The notes below the pieces were generated by a model. That model saw only the letters and a list, made by a program, of their open reading frames with translations, searched no databases and was not told the DNA's origin. Shown here piece after piece: positions 18,479 through 26,664 of a stretch of 32,000 nucleotides of DNA (the stretch's first letter is position 1; each line of letters begins with the position of its first letter). This DNA is from Bifidobacterium longum subsp. longum JCM 1217 (GTDB lineage: Bacteria; Actinomycetota; Actinomycetes; Actinomycetales; Bifidobacteriaceae): positions 1,050,001-1,082,000 of the forward strand of contig NC_015067.1 of assembly GCF_000196555.1 (NCBI RefSeq). The letters are read 5' to 3'. A program made the translations under genes and the position numbers.

Positions 18479-19096
18479 ATGACCAACCAGAAAGTCAACG
18501 CCAGATACAGTCCGGAAGCACGTGACATCTATTTCACTGTGCCCAATTTGATCAGCGCGCTGCGAATCATCTCGATTCCTTTCATCAGCGTGCTGATCTC
18601 CAAGCACGAGATGATTGCGGCGCTAGCCCTGATCGCCATTTCCTCGGCTTCAGACGGACTTGACGGCATCATCGCGCGCAGATTCAACCAAGTGAGCAAG
18701 ATCGGTCAGATTCTTGATCCGATCGCCGACCGACTGCTCATTTTCTGCTCGATTCTGGCTCTCAGCGTCGCCGGCATCATCCCATGGTGGATGCTGATTA
18801 TCGTGGGACTGAGGGATCTGTGGATGGCGATTCAGGTGCTATGGCTTGCCCAGTACGGTTATGGTCCGCTGCCCGTGCATTTCGTGGGCAAGGCCGGTAC
18901 CGCGCTGCTGATGATTTCCATCGTCGGTCTGATTTTCGCCGATTTGTGCACCAGTACGTTTTTCCACTTGCTCTACATCGCCGCGCTGGCCGCCGGCATC
19001 TGGGGCATCGCCATGTATTGGCTCGCCGGATATATCTATACCAAGCAGGGCGTCGGATTGCTACGCAAGGAACTGGGGGAGAAGTATGGCGCTTGA
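18479..19096 (+). CDS. CDP-alcohol phosphatidyltransferase family protein (PgsA-like)
   Basis: Internal ATG of track ORF 18401..19096, just after the hisG stop. Carries the family motif DGLDGIIARRFNQVSKIGQILDPIADR. Confidence 0.85.
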   Translation: MTNQKVNARYSPEARDIYFTVPNLISALRIISIPFISVLISKHEMIAALALIAISSASDGLDGIIARRFNQVSKIGQILDPIADRLLIFCSILALSVAGIIPWWMLIIVGLRDLWMAIQVLWLAQYGYGPLPVHFVGKAGTALLMISIVGLIFADLCTSTFFHLLYIAALAAGIWGIAMYWLAGYIYTKQGVGLLRKELGEKYGA

Positions 19097-20063
19097 GGCC
19101 ACGGCCCCGGTCTCATTCCCCGTACCCAAGGAGAATGAGCCGGTACGACGCCGCGCCGTGTTCTCCCACTCAGTCCGAGGCGCGGAATCACATCATGCGC
19201 TTTCCCCGGATGACGCCGCCGCCATCCGCACCAGACGTCGCCGTAAAACCAACGACGATTCGCTTCAGCTCATCGATGATCTTGTCAATCGTCCGATGGA
19301 TCCGATGTTCTCCGACTCACGACTGGTCCATGAGCATCGTTCGACCTTCTCCATCTGGTTTAATCGCATCGTCGTATTCATCATCTGCGTCGGCGTTGGC
19401 TTTGCCTGCAGCCTATTCGTGCAACAGTTGCAATCCGATCCGCGTAAGCAGGTACGGCAGACTTTGGCCACGCAATTGGAGAATCGCAACTCGCAAATAG
19501 ACGAACTCACCACGGACGTCAATAATTTGCGCTCCCAAGTTGACGAACAGTCCAAGAAAATATCCGGCAGCGTGAAAAGCGATACGCTTATCCAAGACGA
19601 AATGGTCAATGGTGCCACGGTGGTCGAAGGCGAAGGAATCACCATGACGCTGGCCGATCCAATCGCGGCAAGCCAGTCGGATCAATCCTCCTCGACGAGA
19701 GTCGGCACCTCCACGAACATCCGAGTCATCACCGATCTGGATCTGCAGCAACTGGTCTCCCTGATGTTCCAAAACGGAGCCGAAGCCATTGCCATCAACG
19801 GTAATAGGCTCGGCGCGCAAACCTCGATACGCAAGGCCGGCGGGCATATTCTCATCGGCATGACCGCGATACAAAGCCCCTATACCATTGAAGCCATAGG
19901 CGATAAGAGCGCCTTGGCCGAAGCGATGGGGAAGAAGAAACTTGCAAGTCTTTACGATTCCTTCAAGGAAGCCGGTATCTACCCGCAGGTAAGCAAATCC
20001 AATTCGATTACACTTGAGGCAGCAGTCACTGGCGAAGTGAAGTACGCGGAAAGGAATGAATAA
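19086..20063 (+). CDS. DUF881 domain-containing membrane protein
   Basis: 325-aa ORF with one TM helix, a coiled segment, and the DUF881-type C-terminal domain (GEGITMTLAD ... ITDLDLQQLVSLMFQNGAEAIAINGNRL ... YTIEAIGD). It sits in the conserved cluster position. Confidence 0.8.
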   Translation: MALEATAPVSFPVPKENEPVRRRAVFSHSVRGAESHHALSPDDAAAIRTRRRRKTNDDSLQLIDDLVNRPMDPMFSDSRLVHEHRSTFSIWFNRIVVFIICVGVGFACSLFVQQLQSDPRKQVRQTLATQLENRNSQIDELTTDVNNLRSQVDEQSKKISGSVKSDTLIQDEMVNGATVVEGEGITMTLADPIAASQSDQSSSTRVGTSTNIRVITDLDLQQLVSLMFQNGAEAIAINGNRLGAQTSIRKAGGHILIGMTAIQSPYTIEAIGDKSALAEAMGKKKLASLYDSFKEAGIYPQVSKSNSITLEAAVTGEVKYAERNE

Positions 20064-20395
20064 TGGCAGCCGTTCTGGGACTGATCATCGGCGTCGTCAT
20101 CGGCGTGTTCGTCAAGCCGGACATTCCGATCATCGTGCAGCCTTATCTGCCGATTATGGTGGTCGCTGCTCTTGACGCCCTGCTGGGTGCCGCGCGAGCC
20201 TATTTCGAGCGCAGCTTCTCCGACCGCGTGTTCGTGATCTCCTTCCTCGCCAACGTGGTGACGGCAACACTGCTCGTGTTCCTCGGCAACCAGCTCGGCG
20301 TCGGTTCGCAGCTGCAGACAGCCGTCATCGTCGTACTCGGCATCCGCATCTTCTCCAACGTGTCCGCGATCAGACGCTTCATCTTCCGAGGCTGA
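20063..20395 (+). CDS. sbp: small basic protein Sbp (DUF1290)
   Basis: 110-aa hydrophobic ORF whose ATG overlaps the upstream TAA. It lies between two DUF881 genes, as in other Actinobacteria. Confidence 0.8.
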   Translation: MAAVLGLIIGVVIGVFVKPDIPIIVQPYLPIMVVAALDALLGAARAYFERSFSDRVFVISFLANVVTATLLVFLGNQLGVGSQLQTAVIVVLGIRIFSNVSAIRRFIFRG

Positions 20396-20410
20396 CAAGG
20401 GTACTGACGT

Positions 20411-21232
20411 ATGGCACGTAAAGCACAATCAGACAACATGCTGGAGAAAATGCGCGACCAGCATGTACAAGACAAGGTCAACGACCGGATGGAAACCGGG
20501 TCGTTTCCCACGGTGCGTAAGAAGCCCCGGAAGGATCTCAACCGTGCCAGCAACAAATCACGGTTACTATCCTCGATTCTCATCGCTCTGATGTGCGCGT
20601 TGTTGGGTTTCGCCTACATGAGCCAGATCAATAACACTAAATCCACGTACGAAACGATGGACGAGAGTGAACTGGTAAGGCTGCTGAACGAGTCGAATAC
20701 GCAAATCTCCAATCTCGAGCAGCGTAAAACCCAGTTGAACAGCCAGCTCAACTCGCTGAAATCGGCGGCTAACGAGCAGGAGCAGGCGCGTAAGATCGCC
20801 AAGCAAAACGAGGAGACCAGCGGCTTGATCTCCGGCAGACTCCCGGCAAAGGGTCAAGGCGTGACCATCCGAATCGGACGAGGCTTGACGACTAAAGTGG
20901 ACGCCTCAATCATGTTCAACCTTATCGAGGAACTTCGCAATGCCGGTGCCGAGGTAATCGCCATCAATAACGTGCGCGTCATCACCTCCACCTACATTCA
21001 GGACGCCGAGGAAGGTTTGATTGTGGATGGCACCACCATCAAGCCCACATACACGGTGAAGGCCATTGGCAATCCGCAGGAACTGTCCAACGCAGTCGAT
21101 ATCGCCGGCGGTGTGGGCGCTCAGCTCCAGGTGAAATACGGGTCCAACGTCAATGTACAGCCTTCTGACAGCATCATTATCGACGAAGTACGCGAAGCTA
21201 CGCAAAACCAGTATGCAAAGACGGTAGAATAG
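20411..21232 (+). CDS. DUF881 domain-containing membrane protein
   Basis: 273-aa ORF with a TM helix, a coiled coil, and a DUF881-like C-terminus (GQGVTIRI ... MFNLIEELRNAGAEVIAINNVRV ... YTVKAIGN). Confidence 0.85.
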   Translation: MARKAQSDNMLEKMRDQHVQDKVNDRMETGSFPTVRKKPRKDLNRASNKSRLLSSILIALMCALLGFAYMSQINNTKSTYETMDESELVRLLNESNTQISNLEQRKTQLNSQLNSLKSAANEQEQARKIAKQNEETSGLISGRLPAKGQGVTIRIGRGLTTKVDASIMFNLIEELRNAGAEVIAINNVRVITSTYIQDAEEGLIVDGTTIKPTYTVKAIGNPQELSNAVDIAGGVGAQLQVKYGSNVNVQPSDSIIIDEVREATQNQYAKTVE

Positions 21233-21238
21233 GGGATT

Positions 21239-21682
21239 ATGACCAACCCGATTCCTAGCGCAGGCGAAACCACCATTATCGGCCTGCCCGCGATTAATGT
21301 ACTGCCCATTACCACCACCGGCGATCGACCGCTGACTCAAGAGGATCTGGACACCATCACCAGATTGTCCGAGGGAACGGCATTGCTGATTTCCGCCAGG
21401 GGAGCGGTCTCAGGTTCTCGTTACTTGCTTGACGAGGATGAAATCACCGTCGGCCGTGATCCGCGAGCTGATATTCTGCTCGACGACTCCACCGTATCCC
21501 GTCAGCATGCCGTGTTCCGCAGGGTCAACGGTCAGTTCTTTGTGGTTGACGCAGGAAGTCTGAACGGCACCTACGTGAACCGTCAGCGTGTTGATCAGGC
21601 GCCGCTGAAGAACGGCGACGAAATCATGATCGGTAAATTCCGTCTCGTGTTCTTCACGAAATCCGCCATTATTTCCCAATAG
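21239..21682 (+). CDS. FHA domain protein (OdhI/GarA-like)
   Basis: 147-aa ORF. Its N-terminal region has ETT and TTT candidate phospho-acceptor sites. The C-terminal FHA core is present (ITVGRDPRADILLDDSTVSRQHAVF ... GSLNGTYVN ... MIGKFRLVF). Confidence 0.9.
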   Translation: MTNPIPSAGETTIIGLPAINVLPITTTGDRPLTQEDLDTITRLSEGTALLISARGAVSGSRYLLDEDEITVGRDPRADILLDDSTVSRQHAVFRRVNGQFFVVDAGSLNGTYVNRQRVDQAPLKNGDEIMIGKFRLVFFTKSAIISQ

Positions 21683-21782
21683 TCCACACCCAGCACGGGG
21701 TTAGACTGATTGCAGAAATTGCAATCATGTGATTACACCAGTGTGAGTCACATGCGAGACACGCATGAGTTAGGGGAGTGCC

Positions 21783-22415
21783 ATGGGACAGACCGGGCTG
21801 CATCTTCATGTTTCGCTTGAGGACCGTCAGAATCTGAACGCTGACGCGATTCAGGGGGAGTTGTTCTCCAACGTCGATACTGAGGAGATCAAGCGCGGCT
21901 ACCGTGGCACTGTGGCCTCCAAGGTGGCCGGCATCACGTACCGACAGCTCGATTATTGGGCACGCAAGCAGATTGTTGAGCCGTCCATCACGCCGTCTCA
22001 TGGCTCCGGTTCACGACGACTATACTCGTTTAAGGATGTGGTGATTCTCGCTGTATCCAAGAAGTTGCTTGATGCCGGTGTGAATCTGCAGAACGTGACG
22101 GCGGCCATCGGATTCTTGACTCAACGCAGCACCGATCAGCTGGCCAATGTGACCATCATGTGCGATGGTCAAAACGTACATGAATGCACAACCAGCGAAC
22201 AGATGCTCGAACTGTTGCAAAGCGGTAAGGCAGTGTTCGCCGTGTCGGTGGGTTCGTTGTGGCACCAGATTGAGACGGCCTTGGAACAGGAAGAATATGT
22301 TGATCTTGAGGCCAAGCCGCTGACGATTGCCACGGGCCGTCCGATTGATGAACTGACCGCCATGAGGATGCGCAAGAAGCTCGAGGCACAGCGCTTGCGA
22401 CGCGCAACCGCCTGA
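21783..22415 (+). CDS. MerR family transcriptional regulator (FtsR-like position)
   Basis: GGGGAG SD. MerR HTH is present (YRGTVASKVAGITYRQLDYWARKQIVEPS ... GSGSRRLYSFKDVVIL). It follows the FHA gene, as in the conserved cluster. Confidence 0.85.
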   Translation: MGQTGLHLHVSLEDRQNLNADAIQGELFSNVDTEEIKRGYRGTVASKVAGITYRQLDYWARKQIVEPSITPSHGSGSRRLYSFKDVVILAVSKKLLDAGVNLQNVTAAIGFLTQRSTDQLANVTIMCDGQNVHECTTSEQMLELLQSGKAVFAVSVGSLWHQIETALEQEEYVDLEAKPLTIATGRPIDELTAMRMRKKLEAQRLRRATA

Positions 22416-22432
22416 TACATGTATGGTTGTTG

Positions 22433-22470
22433 GCGACTTGCCGGCTTTGGTCGGCAGGTCGCTTTGTTGT
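22433..22470 (+). terminator. Rho-independent terminator after the MerR gene
   Basis: An 11-bp stem with one G-U pair (GCGACTTGCCG 22433-22443 / CGGCAGGTCGC 22452-22462), an 8-nt loop, then TTTGTTGT. Confidence 0.6.
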
Positions 22471-22546
22471 ATGTGTTGCTTTTATTGCCTGCCATCTTAT
22501 GTTTTTTATATGTTGCGGTGATTATTATGACTGATTGGAGGATCGG

Positions 22547-22951
22547 GTGAACGGGATTGTTGTCGGATTGTTGCCGGGCGTTCTGTGGATGGTCGCCGTC
22601 ATCTTTGCTGTGTCCATCATCACTATAACGGTCAGCCGAGGCCATCTGTTCACGCCGAGACGCCGGCGACCGCCGGTCGATCCGGTCGACTGGTCGATGG
22701 TGAAAACGCATTTCATGTCGTTTGCGGCGGCGCTGATTCCGTTTCCCGTGTTGACGTTCACCGCAGATCTGATGGATGCTCGCATGCTCGCGTTCTACGA
22801 CCACGCGCAATTGCCCGGAGCAATCATCATATTCGTGCTGGTGCTGCTGGAACTCATCGCCATGTATCTGCAGGCACGCAACGCCTCAGAAACCGAAATG
22901 GATAGGCGTTTAGGTGTTGCTTCTCACCGGAATAAAGATGATATTGAATAA
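22547..22951 (+). CDS. hypothetical membrane protein
   Basis: GTG 22547 lies 4 nt after GGAGGA. The product has about 3 TM helices (VNGIVVGLLPGVLWMVAVIFAVSIITI ...). It sits in an AT-richer stretch between the core cluster and the integrase. Confidence 0.5.
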   Translation: MNGIVVGLLPGVLWMVAVIFAVSIITITVSRGHLFTPRRRRPPVDPVDWSMVKTHFMSFAAALIPFPVLTFTADLMDARMLAFYDHAQLPGAIIIFVLVLLELIAMYLQARNASETEMDRRLGVASHRNKDDIE

Positions 22952-23105
22952 CCGATAATGTACGTTATGTCAGATTAGGTTTTCGGAAGAAACCGGGAAG
23001 TGGCCAAAATCAGCGGAAAACGGCGGGATAACGCCGTTCTTCGTGCGCGCGTCATGGAAGGACGGCACTCCCGTTTACGGCTATATCCGGCTATTTTCGG
23101 CTGGA

Positions 23106-23127
23106 ATAGGCACACGATAGGCACACG
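23106..23127 (+). repeat. tandem 11-bp repeat upstream of int (candidate arm-type integrase site)
   Basis: ATAGGCACACG occurs at 23106-23116 and again at 23117-23127. A related GTACACGCAC follows at 23132. Confidence 0.5.
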
Positions 23128-23212
23128 TTCGGTACACGCACCACGCCGACCGGACCGGGCCGATACGCATACCGGGGGTTGTCATCACACGACGAACCCG
23201 GAAGGCGACGAC

Positions 23213-24418
23213 ATGGCGGACACAGGCGGACACGCGACAAGACGAGACAAGGGAGCCGGCGCGATCACGAAACTCGGCAACGGCAGATACCGGGCGTTCG
23301 TCGAACTCTCCCCCAACCCGGCCGACGGCTCCAGACGACGCACCAGCGCCACCGGCCACACCCGGACCGAAGCCCTGAACAACGCCCGCGCCAAAGCCCG
23401 CCGCATCGAGGAGGACATCACCCTGGTGGACGAACCGCCCACCGTGAACGAATGGATGCGACGCTGGATCGACGAGATCGTGACCCCCAGACGCGCACCC
23501 AACACGACCCGGTCATACCGGTTCCGCATCGAACACGACATTACCCCCGTCATCGGCGCCGTACGCATGGACAGGCTCAAACCCGCCCACATACGCCTCG
23601 TCGAACGCCACTGCCTCGAAGGAAACCCCGCGAAAGGCATCCAGGGCAAATCCCCCGCCACGGCCGCCCTGACCCACACCGTCCTGTCCGAGGCATGCAA
23701 GGCCGCCGTCGCCGAAGGCATCATCCGCAGCAACCCCGTGGACGCGGTCGAGAAGAACCGGGTGCCGCCCGCCCCAATCGCCACCCTCACCCCCGGACAG
23801 GCCGCCATGCTCATCCACGCCGAAACCGACCCGCGATGGAGCATCATCTGGCGGCTCCTGTTCATCACCGCACTGCGCGAAGGCGAAGCCCTGGGCGTCA
23901 CGCGCAACGAGATCGTCCGCTCCGACGGACTACCCTGCCTGCTCGTCGAATGGCAGCTCAAGGAATTCGACGGCATCACGGACATGCCCGCCGGCTTCGA
24001 GGCCCGCCGGCTCGACGGCCGCACATGGCTCACCAGACCCAAGACCAGATCCGGACGCCGGCTCATCCCCCTGCCCGCCGACCTCGCCGCCGACCTCGCC
24101 GCCTATACGGCCGACCATCCCGACATCGACCCGGACACCCCATTGTTCCGCTCCGGCCGAGGCAACCCCATCCGCAAGGAAACACTCCAGAACGCATGGC
24201 GAAAAGCGTTGGAACGGGTGGGACTGCCCCGCGTGCGCGTCCACTCCGCACGCCACACGGCGGCCACCGCCATGGCGCGCATCGGCGTCTCCGACCTCGC
24301 CCGCCGTGCCATCATCGGCCACGCCGACATCGGCACCACGGACGCCATCTACACGCACGTGGACGCCGACATGCTCGCCGGCGCCATCGACGGCGTGGAA
24401 CGCCTCATCGAAGGATAG
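23213..24418 (+). CDS. int: tyrosine-type site-specific integrase
   Basis: ATG 23213 follows GGAAGG. The N-terminal arm-binding-like segment is present (ITKLGNGRYRAFVELSP...RRRTSATGHTRTEA). The C-terminal catalytic residues are present (ALREGEAL ... HSARHTAATAM ... IIGHADIGTTDAIYTHV). Confidence 0.9.
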   Translation: MADTGGHATRRDKGAGAITKLGNGRYRAFVELSPNPADGSRRRTSATGHTRTEALNNARAKARRIEEDITLVDEPPTVNEWMRRWIDEIVTPRRAPNTTRSYRFRIEHDITPVIGAVRMDRLKPAHIRLVERHCLEGNPAKGIQGKSPATAALTHTVLSEACKAAVAEGIIRSNPVDAVEKNRVPPAPIATLTPGQAAMLIHAETDPRWSIIWRLLFITALREGEALGVTRNEIVRSDGLPCLLVEWQLKEFDGITDMPAGFEARRLDGRTWLTRPKTRSGRRLIPLPADLAADLAAYTADHPDIDPDTPLFRSGRGNPIRKETLQNAWRKALERVGLPRVRVHSARHTAATAMARIGVSDLARRAIIGHADIGTTDAIYTHVDADMLAGAIDGVERLIEG

Positions 24419-24493
24419 TCAGTCGATCACCGCGAGATCGACGAGCCCGTCGCCCGTGGACACGGCCGCGCCCCCAGTGGTCGATTACGACAA

Positions 24494-24841
24494 TCACTCC
24501 GCGTAATACGCGGCCGGATTGTTCTGCAGGTCAATACGCCGCCATGCTTTGACCAGTTCGACGGTAGGCGCGTACCGTTCGATGGCCGACCGGCTACCGT
24601 CGTACCGTCCGGCCATATCATTGTCAAAAGAGATAACAGTGTCTGCCATGATATGACGCGCTTCCTTTGCCGTAATGGCCTCGCGATGCCAATTACCGTC
24701 AAAAACGTCGTCGGCAACCCAAGCGTCACGTTCCGCCATCGAGTCAAACACGTAGAGATTGCCCGGCCATGACCCGTCATTCCATGTCGTGCCGATACCG
24801 TAGGTCCAAGAAAAAGTGTAATAATAGCGAGTTTTAAACAT
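24494..24841 (-). CDS. hypothetical phage protein (115 aa)
   Basis: ATG 24841 lies 8 nt after GAGGAG (MFKTRYYYTFSWTYGIGTTWNDGSW...). It converges on int. The track start at 24889 is rejected. Confidence 0.6.
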   Translation of the reverse strand: MFKTRYYYTFSWTYGIGTTWNDGSWPGNLYVFDSMAERDAWVADDVFDGNWHREAITAKEARHIMADTVISFDNDMAGRYDGSRSAIERYAPTVELVKAWRRIDLQNNPAAYYAE

Positions 24842-24885
24842 GATGCACACTCCTCGTATCGTCCCGATATCATCGACACGGGCAT

Positions 24886-24900
24886 GCATGCGTCCCCGGC
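24886..24900 (-). promoter_or_regulatory. recurrent junction motif, class A copy (GCCGGGGACGCATGC on the minus strand)
   Basis: 15-mer identical to 30510-30524. It lies 4 nt after the methyltransferase stop. Its CCGGGGACG part pairs with 24916-24924, forming a 9-bp GC hairpin across the stop codon. Confidence 0.5.
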
Positions 24901-24904
24901 GATG

Positions 24905-26137
24905 TCAGAACAGCACCGGGGACGTCGGCCTCGCCATCCGGCGGGCGATGAGCCGCACGTAATCCGAATCCATCTCCGCCGCCACGCAACGCATGTTTTC
25001 GACCCGGCACGCCTCCAACGTGGCGCCGCTGCCGGCGAACGGCTCCAACACGAGCCCGTCCGGCGGCGTGACCAGACGCACCAGCCAGCGCATCAGCTCC
25101 AACGGTTTCACCGTCGGATGGCGGATCCCGTCCACCGTCGGCCTCTCCCCCGGTCCCGCCTTCGGACAATACCGGAACACGGGATAGAAGCGGGATGCGC
25201 CGCCCATATCGTCATATTCGGCACCCGTATGGGTCATGCCCCAGCCGTCACCGGGTTTCGTGCTTGCGCGTGATTTGCCTTTTCGACTGACGGTGACGCC
25301 GGACTGCCGGTCAAGCTCTCCGGCCATGGTCCGGTCGAACAGCATGTTCGGCGCGAACCGGGCGTCCGCCTTATAGTCGGTGCGATTCGCATTATCCGCG
25401 CCGTATACATGGTTGTCCCGCGGTCCGGAACCGAACCGTCCATGCCGGTTCTTGTTCTTCGCCTCGGTCTCATCCGCCGGGTTGCGGAATGGGACGCGGC
25501 ATGCGTCGATATGCAACGCGCCCGTCCCGTGTCCGAGCAGATTGTGGGCGAGTGTCCCGTCCAACGGCTTGCGTGCGAGGCAGATGGGTTCGTGCGCGGG
25601 CTTCAGCTGGCTGTACCAGCCGGACCATTGTTCGCCCTGTTCGGTGGCGGGCGCATCCCATTCGGATTTCGCCTTGCCGCCGTTCGCGGTGCTGGAACCT
25701 CCGAAGCCGTTGGTGTCCGAATATCCTGCGCCAGCATGACCTTTACCGGCCACATGGGTGCGTTCCGCACCCAATTCCCTGTCCACGAGCAGTCTCGCAT
25801 CCGAACCGTGTGGCATGCCGCTTGCGTACACCCAGTCGATCTGGTCGCGGATTTCGAAGCCCGCGTCCTCGATCGCGCAGGCGAGCCGATGATATGTGCG
25901 GCTCGCGCCGAACGCGGCCACATGCCCGCCCGGCTTCAGGACGCGCAGAATGTCCTTCCACAGGATCACGTCGAATGCGATGCCCGTCGAATCGAAGCCC
26001 AGGTTCATGAAACCGATCTCGTACGGCGGGTCGGTGACGACGGAAGCCACGCTGTTGTCCGGCAGCATGGCGATGAGGTCGCGGCAATCCCCCGGCATCA
26101 GACGGATGCGGCCGTCATCCCATCGCATAAGACTCAT
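24905..26137 (-). CDS. site-specific DNA methyltransferase, N4/N6 family, beta-class motif order
   Basis: 410-aa ORF. The DPPY catalytic motif is near the N-terminus (VVTDPPYEIG). The AdoMet motif is near the C-terminus (HPTVKPLELMRWLVRLVTPPDGLVLEPFAGSGAT). No restriction endonuclease candidate is adjacent. Confidence 0.9.
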   Translation of the reverse strand: MSLMRWDDGRIRLMPGDCRDLIAMLPDNSVASVVTDPPYEIGFMNLGFDSTGIAFDVILWKDILRVLKPGGHVAAFGASRTYHRLACAIEDAGFEIRDQIDWVYASGMPHGSDARLLVDRELGAERTHVAGKGHAGAGYSDTNGFGGSSTANGGKAKSEWDAPATEQGEQWSGWYSQLKPAHEPICLARKPLDGTLAHNLLGHGTGALHIDACRVPFRNPADETEAKNKNRHGRFGSGPRDNHVYGADNANRTDYKADARFAPNMLFDRTMAGELDRQSGVTVSRKGKSRASTKPGDGWGMTHTGAEYDDMGGASRFYPVFRYCPKAGPGERPTVDGIRHPTVKPLELMRWLVRLVTPPDGLVLEPFAGSGATLEACRVENMRCVAAEMDSDYVRLIARRMARPTSPVLF

Positions 26138-26415
26138 GGCTTCACGTATGCGTTCCCGCCATGCAGGCGCGCGCCGGGCATGAGCGCGCGGGGACGCGCA
26201 TCCACGTAGGCGAGCCGACGGCTGTCGCCCGGATAGGTGCGCACGTTGCCGCCCCCATCCCGGGTCTCATAATAGACGACCGTCACCGGCCGGCCGTTCA
26301 GGCTCGCATCATCCCAGCCGACCACCCTGACCGGCATGCTCCCCGGCCCGTAGCCGCCCGACAGGAGAAGCCTGGCGAGCAGCCTCTCCTCCATATCGCG
26401 TCTCGAAACAACCAT
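26134..26415 (-). CDS. hypothetical phage protein (93 aa)
   Basis: Its stop overlaps the methyltransferase ATG (ATGA at 26134-26137), which suggests translational coupling. No family recognised. Confidence 0.55.
   Translation of the reverse strand: MVVSRRDMEERLLARLLLSGGYGPGSMPVRVVGWDDASLNGRPVTVVYYETRDGGGNVRTYPGDSRRLAYVDARPRALMPGARLHGGNAYVKP
26146..26157 (-). promoter_or_regulatory. recurrent junction motif, class B copy (GGGAACGCATAC)
   Basis: Ends 8 nt upstream of the methyltransferase ATG (26137). No canonical SD is present there. Confidence 0.45.
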
Positions 26416-26423
26416 GGGAACCG

Positions 26424-26435
26424 GTATGCGTCACC
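26424..26435 (-). promoter_or_regulatory. recurrent junction motif, class B copy (GGTGACGCATAC)
   Basis: Ends 8 nt upstream of ATG 26415. No canonical SD is present there. Confidence 0.45.
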
Positions 26436-26442
26436 CGACACC

Positions 26443-26488
26443 ATGCAAATCCGGAGGGCCCATGCAATTCTTGTTCCATATGCAATTC
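26443..26488 (-). repeat. three phased direct repeats ATGCAAWTC (plus-strand reading)
   Basis: Copies at 26443-26451, 26462-26470 and 26480-26488, spaced 19 and 18 bp. They lie in the only sizeable AT-richer intergenic gap of the element (26416-26512). Confidence 0.6.
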
Positions 26489-26571
26489 CGAACCCGTTTC
26501 TTAATGTCCGGATCACGTCGCAAGCCGTTGTTCCGGCATGGGAACAGGGCGCGGGCTTCGATGGTCGTATG

Positions 26572-26664
26572 TCATGGCCTGCCGCTGATGTCGAGCGTCG
26601 CCATCGTATCGGCGTCCTCGCCGTCCGTGATATATACTCCGATGATGTATTTTCTTCCGGCCAT
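26572..26664 (-). CDS. possible 30-aa micro-ORF
   Basis: ATG 26664 overlaps the upstream stop as ATGA (MAGRKYIIGVYITDGEDADTMATLDISGRP). Its own stop overlaps another ATG (26575) that opens a 20-codon ORF. Support is positional only. Confidence 0.2.
   Translation of the reverse strand: MAGRKYIIGVYITDGEDADTMATLDISGRP

Noticed and set aside
24077-24100. 12-bp tandem duplication GCCGACCTCGCC x2 inside the integrase gene (ADLAADLAA).
   Set aside because: It is in-frame and lies in a non-catalytic linker. Most simply it is a slippage duplication with no evident function.
24422-24442. Hairpin GTCGATC-N7-GATCGAC between convergent int and the 115-aa gene, considered as a terminator.
   Set aside because: Only a 7-bp stem with no U-tract on either strand. 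Too weak to call.
23179-24552. 457-aa Arg/Pro/His-rich ORF overlapping the integrase in another frame. Several Arg-rich ORFs also overlap the methyltransferase and other phage genes (e.g. 25409..26209, 28324..29070, 29872..30603, 30871..31521).
   Set aside because: Extreme low-complexity composition. They overlap frames that carry recognisable catalytic motifs or consistent SD-spaced starts.
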